From positions 17,905 through 81,904 of the forward strand of contig JAPPLJ010000048.1 of the NCBI GenBank assembly GCA_028819475.1: 64,000 nucleotides of DNA, in the 5' to 3' direction. The notes beneath the pieces were generated by a model. That model saw nothing but the letters and a program-made list of their open reading frames with translations, was not told where the DNA came from and ran no database searches. Positions 19,783 through 28,796 of the stretch are shown here, piece after piece. Numbering within the stretch: the stretch's first letter is position 1; the number at the start of each line of letters is the position of its first letter. This DNA comes from Rhodospirillaceae bacterium. Lineage in GTDB: Bacteria; Pseudomonadota; Alphaproteobacteria; Bin65. A program made the translations under genes and the position numbers.

Positions 19783-21462
19783 CTACCTAATCGCAAACCC
19801 CTCATACCCCGCGGCGGCGATTTCGGCGCAGCGGGCGGCGTAGGCGGGGTAGCCGCCGATATAGGGCATGAAGACCCGCGGTTTGCCGGGGATGTTGGCG
19901 CCGACATACCAGGACGAGCAGGTCGAGCGCAGGGAGGCGTCGGCCAGCTCGTTGACATGCGCGACCCAGGCATCCTGGGCGGCGCGCTCGGCCTCGATGA
20001 CGCCGGCGCCGCGGCCGCGCAGGGCTTCGATGCAGTCCGACACCCATTCGACATGTTGCTCGATCGACGGCATCATGTTGGTCAGCACCGAGGGGCTGCC
20101 CGGCCCGGTGATGGTGAACAGGTTCGGGAAGCCGTTGACCGCCAGCCCGAGATAGCTGCGCGGCCCGGCCTCCCAGGCCTCGCGCAGGGCCAGGCCGCCG
20201 CGGCCGCGGATGTCGATGCGCTTGAGCGTGCCGGTCATGGCGTCGAAGCCGGTGGCGAAGACAATGGCGTCGGCCGCGATCTCCTCGCCGCCGGTCTCGC
20301 CGCCGCTTTCCGCATCCCCGATCGCCACGCCGGCTTCGACGATCGCCCGGATCGGCCGCTCGTTGATATCGATCAGGCGCACGTTGGGCCGGTTGTAGGT
20401 CTCGAAATAGCCGGTATCGACGCACAGCCGTTTGCAGCCGATCACGTTGGTCGGCATCAGCTTGCGCGCCGTCTCGGGGTCGTCGACAGTCTCGCGGATC
20501 TTGGCGCGCACGAAGTCGGCCGCGGTTTCGTTGGCCGCCGCGTCGTACAGCAGATCCTCGTAGCTCGCCATGAAGGTGAGCCCGCCGGTCTCCCAGCGCC
20601 GCTCGAATTCGGCGGTCCGCGCCTCCGGGCTGTCGGCCAGCGCCGACGGCCGGGGCAGGTCGACCAGGAAGCAGCCGAAGCGCGTCTTGGCCTCCTCGCG
20701 CAGCGCCCGGTAGTCGGACTTGACGGCGGCGACCTCCGCCGCGCCGAGCGGACGGTTCTGCGCCGGGACGGAATAGTTCGCCGTGCGCTGGAACACGGTG
20801 AGCTGCGCGGCCTGCTGCGCGATCGCCGGAATCGACTGGATGGCCGAGGAGCCGGTGCCGATCACGGCGACGCGCAGGCCGGTGAAGTCGACCTCTTCGT
20901 GCGGCCAGCGCCCGGTGTGGTAGGTCGCGCCGCGAAAGCTGTCGCGGCCCGGTATGTCCGGCAGGTTGGCGGTCGAGAGGCAGCCGGTCGCCATGATGCA
21001 GAAGCGCGCCGTCACCCACTCCGGCGCGCCGCCCGCCGGCTCCAGTCGGACCCGCCACAGCCCGGCGGCCTCGTCCCAGTGCGCCGCCGCGACGCGGGTG
21101 TCGAAGCGTATGTCCGGCCACAGGGCGAAGCGGTCGACGACATGGTTGGCGTAGCGCAGGATGTCCGGCTGGACGGCGTAGCGCTCGGTCCACCCCCACT
21201 CCTGCTGCAGCGCCTCGTCGAACTGGTAGGAGTAGGACATGCTCTCGACGTCGCAGCGCGCGCCGGGATAGCGGTTCCAGTACCAGGTGCCGCCGACCCC
21301 GCCGCCGGCCTCGTAGACCCGCGCCCGGAAGCCGGCGCCGCGCAGCCGGTGCAGCAGATACAGGCCGGCAAACCCGGCGCCGACGATCAACGTGTCGAGA
21401 TCGGCGGCATCGGCCTCGGGAGCGCCGGGATCGGGCAAGGCGGAAGGAGGAGCCTCGGTCAT
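19783..21462 (-). CDS. Baeyer-Villiger monooxygenase (cyclohexanone/phenylacetone monooxygenase family)
   Basis: GAGFAG, GGTWYWNRYPGARCD, fingerprint FRGATYHTGRWP, second Rossmann IGTGSS, ATGF. Confidence 0.95.
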   Translation of the reverse strand: MTEAPPSALPDPGAPEADAADLDTLIVGAGFAGLYLLHRLRGAGFRARVYEAGGGVGGTWYWNRYPGARCDVESMSYSYQFDEALQQEWGWTERYAVQPDILRYANHVVDRFALWPDIRFDTRVAAAHWDEAAGLWRVRLEPAGGAPEWVTARFCIMATGCLSTANLPDIPGRDSFRGATYHTGRWPHEEVDFTGLRVAVIGTGSSAIQSIPAIAQQAAQLTVFQRTANYSVPAQNRPLGAAEVAAVKSDYRALREEAKTRFGCFLVDLPRPSALADSPEARTAEFERRWETGGLTFMASYEDLLYDAAANETAADFVRAKIRETVDDPETARKLMPTNVIGCKRLCVDTGYFETYNRPNVRLIDINERPIRAIVEAGVAIGDAESGGETGGEEIAADAIVFATGFDAMTGTLKRIDIRGRGGLALREAWEAGPRSYLGLAVNGFPNLFTITGPGSPSVLTNMMPSIEQHVEWVSDCIEALRGRGAGVIEAERAAQDAWVAHVNELADASLRSTCSSWYVGANIPGKPRVFMPYIGGYPAYAARCAEIAAAGYEGFAIR

Positions 21463-21677
21463 GGCGCGGCAGTGTCACCGAAGCGGGCGCGGGGTCAAGC
21501 CCGCGGCGCGCAGGGCGGTGTTTCAGGCAATGTTTTCCGGATTGGTTCCGGGTTGCCGTCTCTGACGCCTGTCACGGACTCCTTTCCGGGCGGAGAGATC
21601 GCGGGGGAAGGTTTCAAAGCTAATTTTACGACTAACCGCAAAACGCTTCGTGGTCTGTTGAGTTCGCACTACCGCCT

Positions 21678-22316
21678 TTAGTCTTTTGCCAAGCGGCCCG
21701 AACGAGTCCCGCAGTAAACGAGGGCCTGAACGAATCCCGAGTCACCAATTTCGGCGCATCTCATGAAGTAGTAGCAGTAATCGTTGATATCGCAGTATTC
21801 GAGCCTCGCGATAAAGTAGAGAGACTTGTCTGCCGAGATGATTGTCTTGATCTGTTGCCGAGATAGAGGCGGTGCAACAAATCTTCTTCCGACCTCGGTG
21901 GTGGACACATCACCGAGAAAATGCCCTTCCCTGTTGTTCCAATTTACATCGATAGCGGAAATGTAGTCGCGCTGTTTAGGCTTGTCCGAGGTGACGTAAT
22001 TCTTGAGCACCACGCGCTGTGCGCTGGTGGTGCCCCCGATCTCAAGAGGGGCAACAATTCGAATACCGGCAGGATCACCTATCCGTTCAAGTTGTATCCG
22101 TAAGGAAAGGCGCGGCCTTTGCTGCTCATTTCTGTCTCTAATCGTAACCCAGCCTTGATACGTCTGTATGGCAGCGAAGACCAGCGCGAGACAACCTATA
22201 GCGACTAAAGCCCAATTTGGAATCGCTGAATGTTTTTGCAACCAGTTCTTCAAGCGATTCGATTTTCTTGGTCGTTCATTGTCCATAAGTGTCATAACGG
22301 ATATTGCAGTACTCAA
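21678..22316 (-). CDS. Orphan AT-richer protein with one N-terminal TM helix (start may be 22295 or 22286)
   Basis: 212 aa ORF in lower-GC DNA; WALVAIGCLALVFAAI TM followed by a beta-rich Cys-containing domain. No family recognised. Confidence 0.65.
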   Translation of the reverse strand: MSTAISVMTLMDNERPRKSNRLKNWLQKHSAIPNWALVAIGCLALVFAAIQTYQGWVTIRDRNEQQRPRLSLRIQLERIGDPAGIRIVAPLEIGGTTSAQRVVLKNYVTSDKPKQRDYISAIDVNWNNREGHFLGDVSTTEVGRRFVAPPLSRQQIKTIISADKSLYFIARLEYCDINDYCYYFMRCAEIGDSGFVQALVYCGTRSGRLAKD

Positions 22317-22330
22317 TTTGGAATTGTGGC

Positions 22331-22433
22331 CTAGAAATTATTTCTCATTTCAGACCCTCCTCTACAGACTGTCCGGCTCACCTTCGGAGGTTGCAGGAAA
22401 AGGGCGTCGGGCGGGCTTGTAGAGAGCCGCCCG
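22331..22433 (-). promoter_or_regulatory. Candidate structured leader: hairpin loop complementary to SD-proximal sequence, plus 5-codon uORF
   Basis: Stem 22408-22433 has a 7-nt loop (minus strand CUCUACA) complementary to UGUAGAG at 22360-22366, abutting GGAGG (22356-22360). ATG 22348 encodes MRNNF*. Confidence 0.45.
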
Positions 22434-22445
22434 TATCTTCCGGCG

Positions 22446-22814
22446 TCAGCCGACCCGTTTGGTCGAGACGAAGGCGCGCCATTCGCACAATTTGTCGCCG
22501 CGCATCTTCCAGTGCTCGCCGGCGATCTGGCGCGCCTTCGTGCCGTCGGGATTGTCCCAGCCCGCGGTCCATTCGACGGCGATCCAGTCGCCGCTCGCCG
22601 CGATCAGCGTCTTGTCGAGCTGCACGTTGCAGATCGACGGATCGTAAAAGCGCTCGTGGAAGGCGCGCACCGCGTCGGCGCCGCGCGCGACCTCGCGGCC
22701 GTTCCAGACGATCACCGCATCGTCGGTATACAGCGCCATCGTCGCCTCAATATCGCGCCGGCGGTACACCGCCTCGGCCTGGCGCACGATCTTTTCGGCT
22801 TCTGTCTGATTCAC
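22446..22814 (-). CDS. SnoaL-like / NTF2 family protein
   Basis: AVYRRRDIEATMALYTDDA...GADAVRAF...IAVEW...EHWKMRGDKL. GTG at 22814. Confidence 0.82.
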   Translation of the reverse strand: MNQTEAEKIVRQAEAVYRRRDIEATMALYTDDAVIVWNGREVARGADAVRAFHERFYDPSICNVQLDKTLIAASGDWIAVEWTAGWDNPDGTKARQIAGEHWKMRGDKLCEWRAFVSTKRVG

Positions 22815-22857
22815 CGTTCCCGTCTTTCCTGAATGGCGAGTCCCCGCCCGGCCGCAG

Positions 22858-23889
22858 CTACGCCGCGACATCCCAGGTTGCGCCGCGGTGCAGCAGGGCG
22901 TTCATGTCGCCCCGGGTCGGCGCCTTGTCGGCGATCGCGCGATTCTGCGAGCGGACGGCGCGCTCGTAGCTCTGCTCTGCCGGGCTGCAATAGAGCACGC
23001 CGATGGCGACCGGGAAGTCCGGCGGCTTGAGGCGGGCGAGCGCACCGCCGATCGTCCGGTTGGTCTCGTCGTGGACGATGATATCCTCCTCGCGCACGCC
23101 GTCGTCGCCCAGCGTCACGACCTCCAGTTCCAGCGTGTGGCGGTTCATGCGCAGGCCCTTTTCCCGGTCCTTGCCGAACAGCAGCGGCTTGCCGTGCTCG
23201 GCCTCGAGCTGCATGTCCGCCTTCACCTCCTTCTCGGTGAAATGCTCGAACACGCCGTCGTTGTAGACGATGCAGTTCTGGATGATCTCGACGAAGGAGC
23301 AGCCCTTGTGGGCGTGGGCTCGGGCCAGCAGGCCGGGCAGGTGGTCCTGCCGCCGGTCGATGCCGCGGGCCACGAAGCGGGCGTTGACGCCGAGCGCGAA
23401 GCTCAGCGCATCGACCGGCGAATCGATCGAGCCGTGGGGTGTCGACGGCGAGCGGGTGCCGAGCCGCGAGGTCGGCGAATACTGGCCCTTGGTCAGGCCG
23501 TAGATCTCGTTGTTGAACAGCAGGTAGCTGATATCGACGTTGCGGCGGATGGCGTGCAGCGTGTGGTTGCCGCCGATCGACAGCCCGTCGCCGTCGCCGC
23601 CGACGACCCAGACGTCGAGGTCCGGGTTGGCAAGCTTGATCCCGGTCGCGAAGCTGGGCGCCCTTCCGTGGATCGTGTGGAAGCCGTAGGTTTCCATGTA
23701 GTAGGGAAATCGCGCGGCGCAGCCGATGCCCGAGACGAACACGGTGTTCGCCGGATCGGCGCCGATATCGGCCATCGCCTTCTGCACCGCCTTCAGGATG
23801 GCGTAGTCGCCGCAGCCGGGGCACCAGCGCACCTCCTGGTCGGTGGCGTAGTCCTTGGGGGACAGGCTCGCGGGGGTCTGAATGTTCAT
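22858..23889 (-). CDS. korB: 2-oxoacid:ferredoxin oxidoreductase beta subunit
   Basis: WCPGCGD, SGIGC, HGRA, GGDGDGLSIGGNH (TPP-binding), NNEIYGLTKGQYSPT. Confidence 0.95.
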   Translation of the reverse strand: MNIQTPASLSPKDYATDQEVRWCPGCGDYAILKAVQKAMADIGADPANTVFVSGIGCAARFPYYMETYGFHTIHGRAPSFATGIKLANPDLDVWVVGGDGDGLSIGGNHTLHAIRRNVDISYLLFNNEIYGLTKGQYSPTSRLGTRSPSTPHGSIDSPVDALSFALGVNARFVARGIDRRQDHLPGLLARAHAHKGCSFVEIIQNCIVYNDGVFEHFTEKEVKADMQLEAEHGKPLLFGKDREKGLRMNRHTLELEVVTLGDDGVREEDIIVHDETNRTIGGALARLKPPDFPVAIGVLYCSPAEQSYERAVRSQNRAIADKAPTRGDMNALLHRGATWDVAA

Positions 23890-23908
23890 CGCTCGGTCTC
23901 CGCCGGCC

Positions 23909-25765
23909 CTAGAGCCAGGCTTTCAGCGCCTCTTCGATTTCGACGATGCGGAACGGCTTGCCGTTCACCTTGTTCAGCGGTTTGGCATCGACGAGATATT
24001 CGGCGCGCAGCACGGTCACCAACTGGCCGGTGTTCATCTCCGGCACGAGGATCGTCTCGTAGCTCTTCAGCAGGTCGCCCAGATTGGGCGGCATCGGCCA
24101 GATATGGCGGATGTGGATGTGGGACACGTCGTGGCCCCGGGCGCGCATGTTGGAGACGGCCCGGCCGATCGGCCCGTGGGTCGAACCCCACCCGACGACC
24201 GCGATCCTGCCGCCTTCCCGGCCCTGGTCGACCGCCTGGTCCGGAATGTCCCCGGCGATGCCGAGAATCTTGTTCCGGCGGTTGTCGGTCATCTTCTGGT
24301 GGTTGTCGGCATCGTAGGAGATGTCGCCGGTCAGATGATGCTTCTCGATGCCGCCGATCCGGTGCAGCAGGCCGGGCGTGCCGGGCTTGACCCAGTCGCG
24401 GGCCAGGGTTTCCGGATCGCGCGCATAGACCTGGTAGCCCTCCGGATCGGTGCGGAAGGTCACCGGAAACGGTTCATGGTCGTCGAAATCCGGGATCAGC
24501 CAGGGTTCGGCGGCGTTGGCGATATAGCCGTCGGTCAGGAACATCACCGGCGTCATGTACTTGACCGCGAGGCGGCAGGCCTCGATGGCGGCGAAATAGG
24601 CATCGCCCGGCGAATGGCAGGCGACCACGGCGAGCGGCGCATCCGCGTTGCGGCCGTAGACCGCCTGATAGAGGTCCGACTGCTCGGTCTTGGTCGGCAG
24701 GCCGGTCGAGGGGCCGCCGCGCTGGGAATTGACGATGATCAGCGGCAGTTCGGTGGCGATCGCCAGGCCGACGGCTTCGGTCTTGAGCGCGATGCCGGGG
24801 CCCGAGCTGGAGGTGACGCCGAGCGCACCGGCATAGGAGCCGCCGATCGCCGCGCACACCGCCGCGATCTCGTCCTCGGCCTGGAAGGTCGTGACGCCGT
24901 AGTCCTTGAGCGGCGCCAGCAGATGCAGCAGCGCCGAGGCCGGCGTGATCGGATAGCCGGTGAACAGCAGCGGCAGGCCGGCCAGCCGGGCACCGGCGAC
25001 CAGGCCCATGGCCACGCCCTCCGCGCCGGTCAGCGCCCGGTAGGTGCCCGGCGCGATATCGGCCGGCGGCACCACGAAACTGCCGAATTCGCGCGCCATG
25101 TCGGCGGTTTCGCCGAAGGCGTGTCCGGCATTGAGCGCCGCGATGTTCGCGCCGGCAATGTCCGGCTTGCGGGCGAACTTCTGCTTCAGCCACTCTTCGT
25201 TAATCGATCGGTCGCGGCCGAACAGCCAGTCGACCAGCCCGAGCGCCCACATGTTCTTGCAGCGCTGCGCATCCTTGTTGCCCAGGCCGAACGGCTTGAC
25301 CGCCTCGACCGTCATGCGGGTCATGTCGACTTCGAGCTTGCGGTAGCCTTCGAGGGAGCCGTCCTCCAGCGGATTTTCCCCAAAGCCGGCCTTGCTCAGG
25401 TTGCGCGCCGTGAAGGCGCCGGTATCGACGATGACCAGCCCGCCGTTGCGCAGGTCGCCCAGGTTGGTCTTGAGCGCCGCCGGATTCATGGCGACCAGAA
25501 CGTCGACCGCGTCGCCCGAGGTCCGGATCGTGCGCGACCCGAAATGGATCTGGAAGGCCGAGACGCCGAAGGTCGTCCCGGCGGGGGCGCGGATCTCGGC
25601 CGGAAAGTCCGGGAAGGTTGCGAGATCGTTGCGGGCCATCGCGGTGGCCTGCGTGAACTGGGTGCCGGTGAGCTGCATGCCGTCGCCCGAATCGCCGGCG
25701 AAACGGACGACCGCGCTTTCGAGTTCGTTACCGGCTTCGTCCGATACGACCGAGCCGCCATCCAT
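23909..25765 (-). CDS. korA: 2-oxoacid:acceptor oxidoreductase alpha subunit (gamma-alpha fusion)
   Basis: RFAGDSGDGMQLTG, YPITPAS, QAEDEIAA, TSSSGPG, QRGGPSTGLPTKTEQSDL. Confidence 0.95.
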   Translation of the reverse strand: MDGGSVVSDEAGNELESAVVRFAGDSGDGMQLTGTQFTQATAMARNDLATFPDFPAEIRAPAGTTFGVSAFQIHFGSRTIRTSGDAVDVLVAMNPAALKTNLGDLRNGGLVIVDTGAFTARNLSKAGFGENPLEDGSLEGYRKLEVDMTRMTVEAVKPFGLGNKDAQRCKNMWALGLVDWLFGRDRSINEEWLKQKFARKPDIAGANIAALNAGHAFGETADMAREFGSFVVPPADIAPGTYRALTGAEGVAMGLVAGARLAGLPLLFTGYPITPASALLHLLAPLKDYGVTTFQAEDEIAAVCAAIGGSYAGALGVTSSSGPGIALKTEAVGLAIATELPLIIVNSQRGGPSTGLPTKTEQSDLYQAVYGRNADAPLAVVACHSPGDAYFAAIEACRLAVKYMTPVMFLTDGYIANAAEPWLIPDFDDHEPFPVTFRTDPEGYQVYARDPETLARDWVKPGTPGLLHRIGGIEKHHLTGDISYDADNHQKMTDNRRNKILGIAGDIPDQAVDQGREGGRIAVVGWGSTHGPIGRAVSNMRARGHDVSHIHIRHIWPMPPNLGDLLKSYETILVPEMNTGQLVTVLRAEYLVDAKPLNKVNGKPFRIVEIEEALKAWL

Positions 25766-25904
25766 CGGCTCTCTCCTTCTGTCCTGCGGGTCCGCCGGCG
25801 GTTTCCGGCCTGCCCCGAACGTCTTCGCGCCTGCCGCTTATAGCGGGGCGCAGCCGATCGTTAAAGTCCCGAACAATCAGTCATCCGAATATTTCATACC
25901 TAAA

Positions 25905-27239
25905 TCAATTTTCCGCGCCGGCCGCCGGTCGATCCAGCACGGCCAGCATTTCCGGTACCCGGCCGAACTTGCGGCGCGGTGCCGGCGGGGTTGCGGCGGC
26001 TTCCTCGGCGGCCTCGATCCGCTTCCAGTCGTCGAATGGCACATAGCGGATATTGTGGGCTTGCAGATGCTTTTCCAGCGCCTGGCGGCCGGGCTTGCCG
26101 GACCCGTTGCCGCAATCGCCGGCGATCTGCTCCGCCGCGGTCGCGCCGTCCGGCTTGTTGGAGCCGATCACGCCGGACGGGCCGCGCTTGATCCAGCCGA
26201 CCGCATAGAGGCCGGGCTCGATCCGCCCATCGCTGTTGCGGCTCCGGCCGCCGTCGAAGGGCACGCCGTCGACCGGCTCGGAAAAGTAGCCGATCGCCGG
26301 GATCACCAGCCCGCAGGCGATGTCGAAGGTCTCGCCGGTGCCGACCGCCCTTCCGTCCTCGATCCGCGTCCGCTCCATCCGGATGCCCTCGACCCGCGCG
26401 CCGCCGAGGATCTCGACCGGGCTGGCGCAGAAGCGGAAATGCACCCGCTTGGCCCGGCCGCCGGGCTCCATGCCCGAGAAGTCGCGCAGCGTCGCCAGGT
26501 TGCGCCGGATCATGCGCAGGTCGCGGTCGCTCATCGTCGCGGCGGTTTCCTCCGGCACGTCCTCCGGCACCTCGGCCGGGTCGAGGACCGGCGCGCTGTC
26601 CTCCAGCTGGCCCATCTCGCGCAGCTCGACATTGCTGAACTTGGCGTGGTGGGCGGCGCGCCGGCCGAACATGTAGACGTCGCGGATCGGCGCGGCATGG
26701 ATCGCCGCGGCGGCATAGTCGGTGAGGTCGGTCGCCGCCATTTCATCCGGCGTCTTGGTCAGCACCCGGGCGACGTCGACGGCGACATTGCCGACTCCGA
26801 TCACGGCGACCGTCCCGGTATCGAGCGGCGGGTCGAGATCGCGGAAATCCGGATGGCCGTTGTACCAGCCGACGAAGGCGGCGACGCCGAGCACGCCGGC
26901 CTTGTCGTCGCCGGGGATGCCGAGGCTGCGGTCGATGGCGGCGCCGGTCGCCAGGACAACGGCGTCGTACATGCCGCGCAGCGCATCGAGGCCGATATCT
27001 GTGCCGAGCGTGACGTTGCCGTAATAGCGGACCCGCGGGTCGCCCGCCGTCTTCTCGTAGGACCGCGCGACGTTCTTGGTCTTGGCATGGTCCGGCGCCA
27101 CGCCGCCACGGATCAGCCCGTAGGGCGTCGGCAGCTTCTCGATGAAGTCGATCTCGACCGCTTCCACCGAGCGCAGCAGGGAATCGGCCGTGTAAAATCC
27201 GCTCGGCCCGGAGCCGACGATCGCGACGCGGAGCGTCAT
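25905..27239 (-). CDS. FprA/adrenodoxin-reductase-like NADPH:ferredoxin (flavodoxin) oxidoreductase
   Basis: AIVGSGPSGFY, PYGLIRGGVAPDH, IGVGNVAVDVAR, GRR, AIGY, GWIKRGPSGVIGSNK. ATG at 27239. Confidence 0.92.
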   Translation of the reverse strand: MTLRVAIVGSGPSGFYTADSLLRSVEAVEIDFIEKLPTPYGLIRGGVAPDHAKTKNVARSYEKTAGDPRVRYYGNVTLGTDIGLDALRGMYDAVVLATGAAIDRSLGIPGDDKAGVLGVAAFVGWYNGHPDFRDLDPPLDTGTVAVIGVGNVAVDVARVLTKTPDEMAATDLTDYAAAAIHAAPIRDVYMFGRRAAHHAKFSNVELREMGQLEDSAPVLDPAEVPEDVPEETAATMSDRDLRMIRRNLATLRDFSGMEPGGRAKRVHFRFCASPVEILGGARVEGIRMERTRIEDGRAVGTGETFDIACGLVIPAIGYFSEPVDGVPFDGGRSRNSDGRIEPGLYAVGWIKRGPSGVIGSNKPDGATAAEQIAGDCGNGSGKPGRQALEKHLQAHNIRYVPFDDWKRIEAAEEAAATPPAPRRKFGRVPEMLAVLDRPAAGAEN

Positions 27240-27409
27240 CCTGTCAATTCGCCGTTGAAATCGTTCTCGTGCCGGATGGCGCGCGGCTGGCAAGCTAGTG
27301 CGTGCGCGCCTGTCTTGTGAAGCCCCTTTGTTGGCCCCTTCGCCGGCCCCGCCGTTTGCGAGGCGGCCGGGACGGGCAAACGACCGGGCGTCCGGTCCGG
27401 CCGGTCGCG

Positions 27410-27709
27410 TCAGTTCAGCCGGAGCACGCCGTCGACGAAGCGGAATTCCGCCGGCCGGACCAGCTGCCGGGACGCGACGCGCACGACATGCAGCGCGCCC
27501 TCCAGATTCTCCTCCCAGAAGCACAGGAACCGGCCCAGCTTCGGGAAGCGCGGCGCGATGTCCAGGCCCTGCCAGACATAGGTCTGCAACAGGGCGGGAT
27601 GATCGGGCAGGCGGTAGATGATCTCGGCGGTGGTCAGCCGGTGCCCCTGCAACTGTCGCAGCAGGCCCGGCGCGGCCGGCGGGCTGCGCGATCCCAGTTC
27701 GGTGCCCAT
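27410..27709 (-). CDS. usg: Usg family protein
   Basis: GHRLTTAEIIYRLPDHPALLQTYVWQ..D.APRFP.L..FL.FWE.NLEG.LH.V. Confidence 0.88.
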   Translation of the reverse strand: MGTELGSRSPPAAPGLLRQLQGHRLTTAEIIYRLPDHPALLQTYVWQGLDIAPRFPKLGRFLCFWEENLEGALHVVRVASRQLVRPAEFRFVDGVLRLN

Positions 27710-27781
27710 GCCGTCCTCCCCGCTTGCCGTATCAGGGACGCAAGCTTAACAGACGGACATTAATTCAACAATATCAATGAT

Positions 27782-27808
27782 TTAGCAGCGTTCCGATGGG
27801 AGTGCTGA
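27782..27808. promoter_or_regulatory. CIRCE-like element (HrcA operator) upstream of usg
   Basis: TTAGCAGCG-N9-GAGTGCTGA versus consensus TTAGCACTC-N9-GAGTGCTAA; exact 9-nt spacer, 4 mismatches. Confidence 0.65.
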
Positions 27809-27973
27809 TAGTGCGCGAGAGCGCTCCTCCCGAAGCAAAGATTAAGGACACTATGTTAGGATGATGCCCAATCGTTCAGTTTGCAGGTAGGCTCACGATA
27901 CTCGGTTGCAGTAGCAGATCGTCATCCAATGGGCGTTGAGCCGGTTATCTGCAACGGGCCGTCAGATCAAGTA

Positions 27974-28432
27974 TCAAGCGTTAGGTAGCGCATTACCGTC
28001 CTTCAAATAAAATTCTATATCTTCAATCGTTAATTGTCGGTGTTCAATTCCATCACACATCTCGAATTCATCGTCGCTCACTTCTTTGAACATTCGACTA
28101 GTTTGTCCTTTTGTCATGTCGTAGACGTTTATGTGGCATTCGTCGCCCGTTGATGATGGCTCACGGGTGAATCTTGCGTTTTCCGGAAATTCGGATGCTG
28201 GTATGCGCCAGAAAATGACGGGATGTCCGGAGATGGCCGGGTAGTAATAACGACCAATGTGTTCGCACTCGGATCCGCTTCGCTCTCTGGCACACCGTGT
28301 GTCGATGACCGATACGGCGCTCGTAGCAGAAGACCTCTGGAATACCATACTCTTAAATCTTTGCTCTCGTTGGCTAAAATGTTTTGGGTGAATAAGTCTG
28401 ATAACTTCATCGACTTCCACGACATCCTCCAA
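27974..28432 (-). CDS. AT-rich hypothetical protein, putative ART/RES-like fold toxin (start TTG 28432 or GTG 28420)
   Basis: 152 aa: VIRLIHP...SMVF...AVSVI...PSSTGDECHINV (R...SV...H pattern). GGAGG lies 5 nt before GTG 28420. Confidence 0.6.
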   Translation of the reverse strand: MEDVVEVDEVIRLIHPKHFSQREQRFKSMVFQRSSATSAVSVIDTRCARERSGSECEHIGRYYYPAISGHPVIFWRIPASEFPENARFTREPSSTGDECHINVYDMTKGQTSRMFKEVSDDEFEMCDGIEHRQLTIEDIEFYLKDGNALPNA

Positions 28433-28794
28433 AGATAATCTGTTAGTTCGTCAAACAGGATACCGTCTTTTTCGAATCTAGTATCTTGCTCAACTCTATG
28501 CTCAATTTCCAAATTACCATCGGCACTGCAAAATATCTCGAGAATGTCATCGGCATAGTATCCAGATACCAAAATACCTCCGCTAACATCAGGAAAAACT
28601 TCAATTTCATCCGCGTTATTTCTGACAAGTAGTGAGCTGATGGAGCGTGCCAAATTTACTGCAGTTTGCGTTGCGGCGCGTCCATCGCCATAGTGCCAAC
28701 CATCAGCCAAATCCAAAAATGACAAAATCCGACGCGAAATAAAGTCGTCTGTAGGGTCGGAGAAGTTCACGACTCGGTACAGTGAGGGCAACAA
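28129..28794 (-). CDS. AT-rich hypothetical protein with L..L.DGW.YG and P...GG motifs and a long S/T/P-rich tail overlapping the next gene
   Basis: 221 aa: RILSFLDLADGWHYGDG...EVFPDVSGGILVS...LEIFCSADGNLEI. Last 101 codons overlap ORF 27974..28432. Confidence 0.6.
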   Translation of the reverse strand: MLPSLYRVVNFSDPTDDFISRRILSFLDLADGWHYGDGRAATQTAVNLARSISSLLVRNNADEIEVFPDVSGGILVSGYYADDILEIFCSADGNLEIEHRVEQDTRFEKDGILFDELTDYLWRMSWKSMKLSDLFTQNILANESKDLRVWYSRGLLLRAPYRSSTHGVPESEADPSANTLVVITTRPSPDIPSFSGAYQHPNFRKTQDSPVSHHQRATNAT

Positions 28795-28796
28795 CT

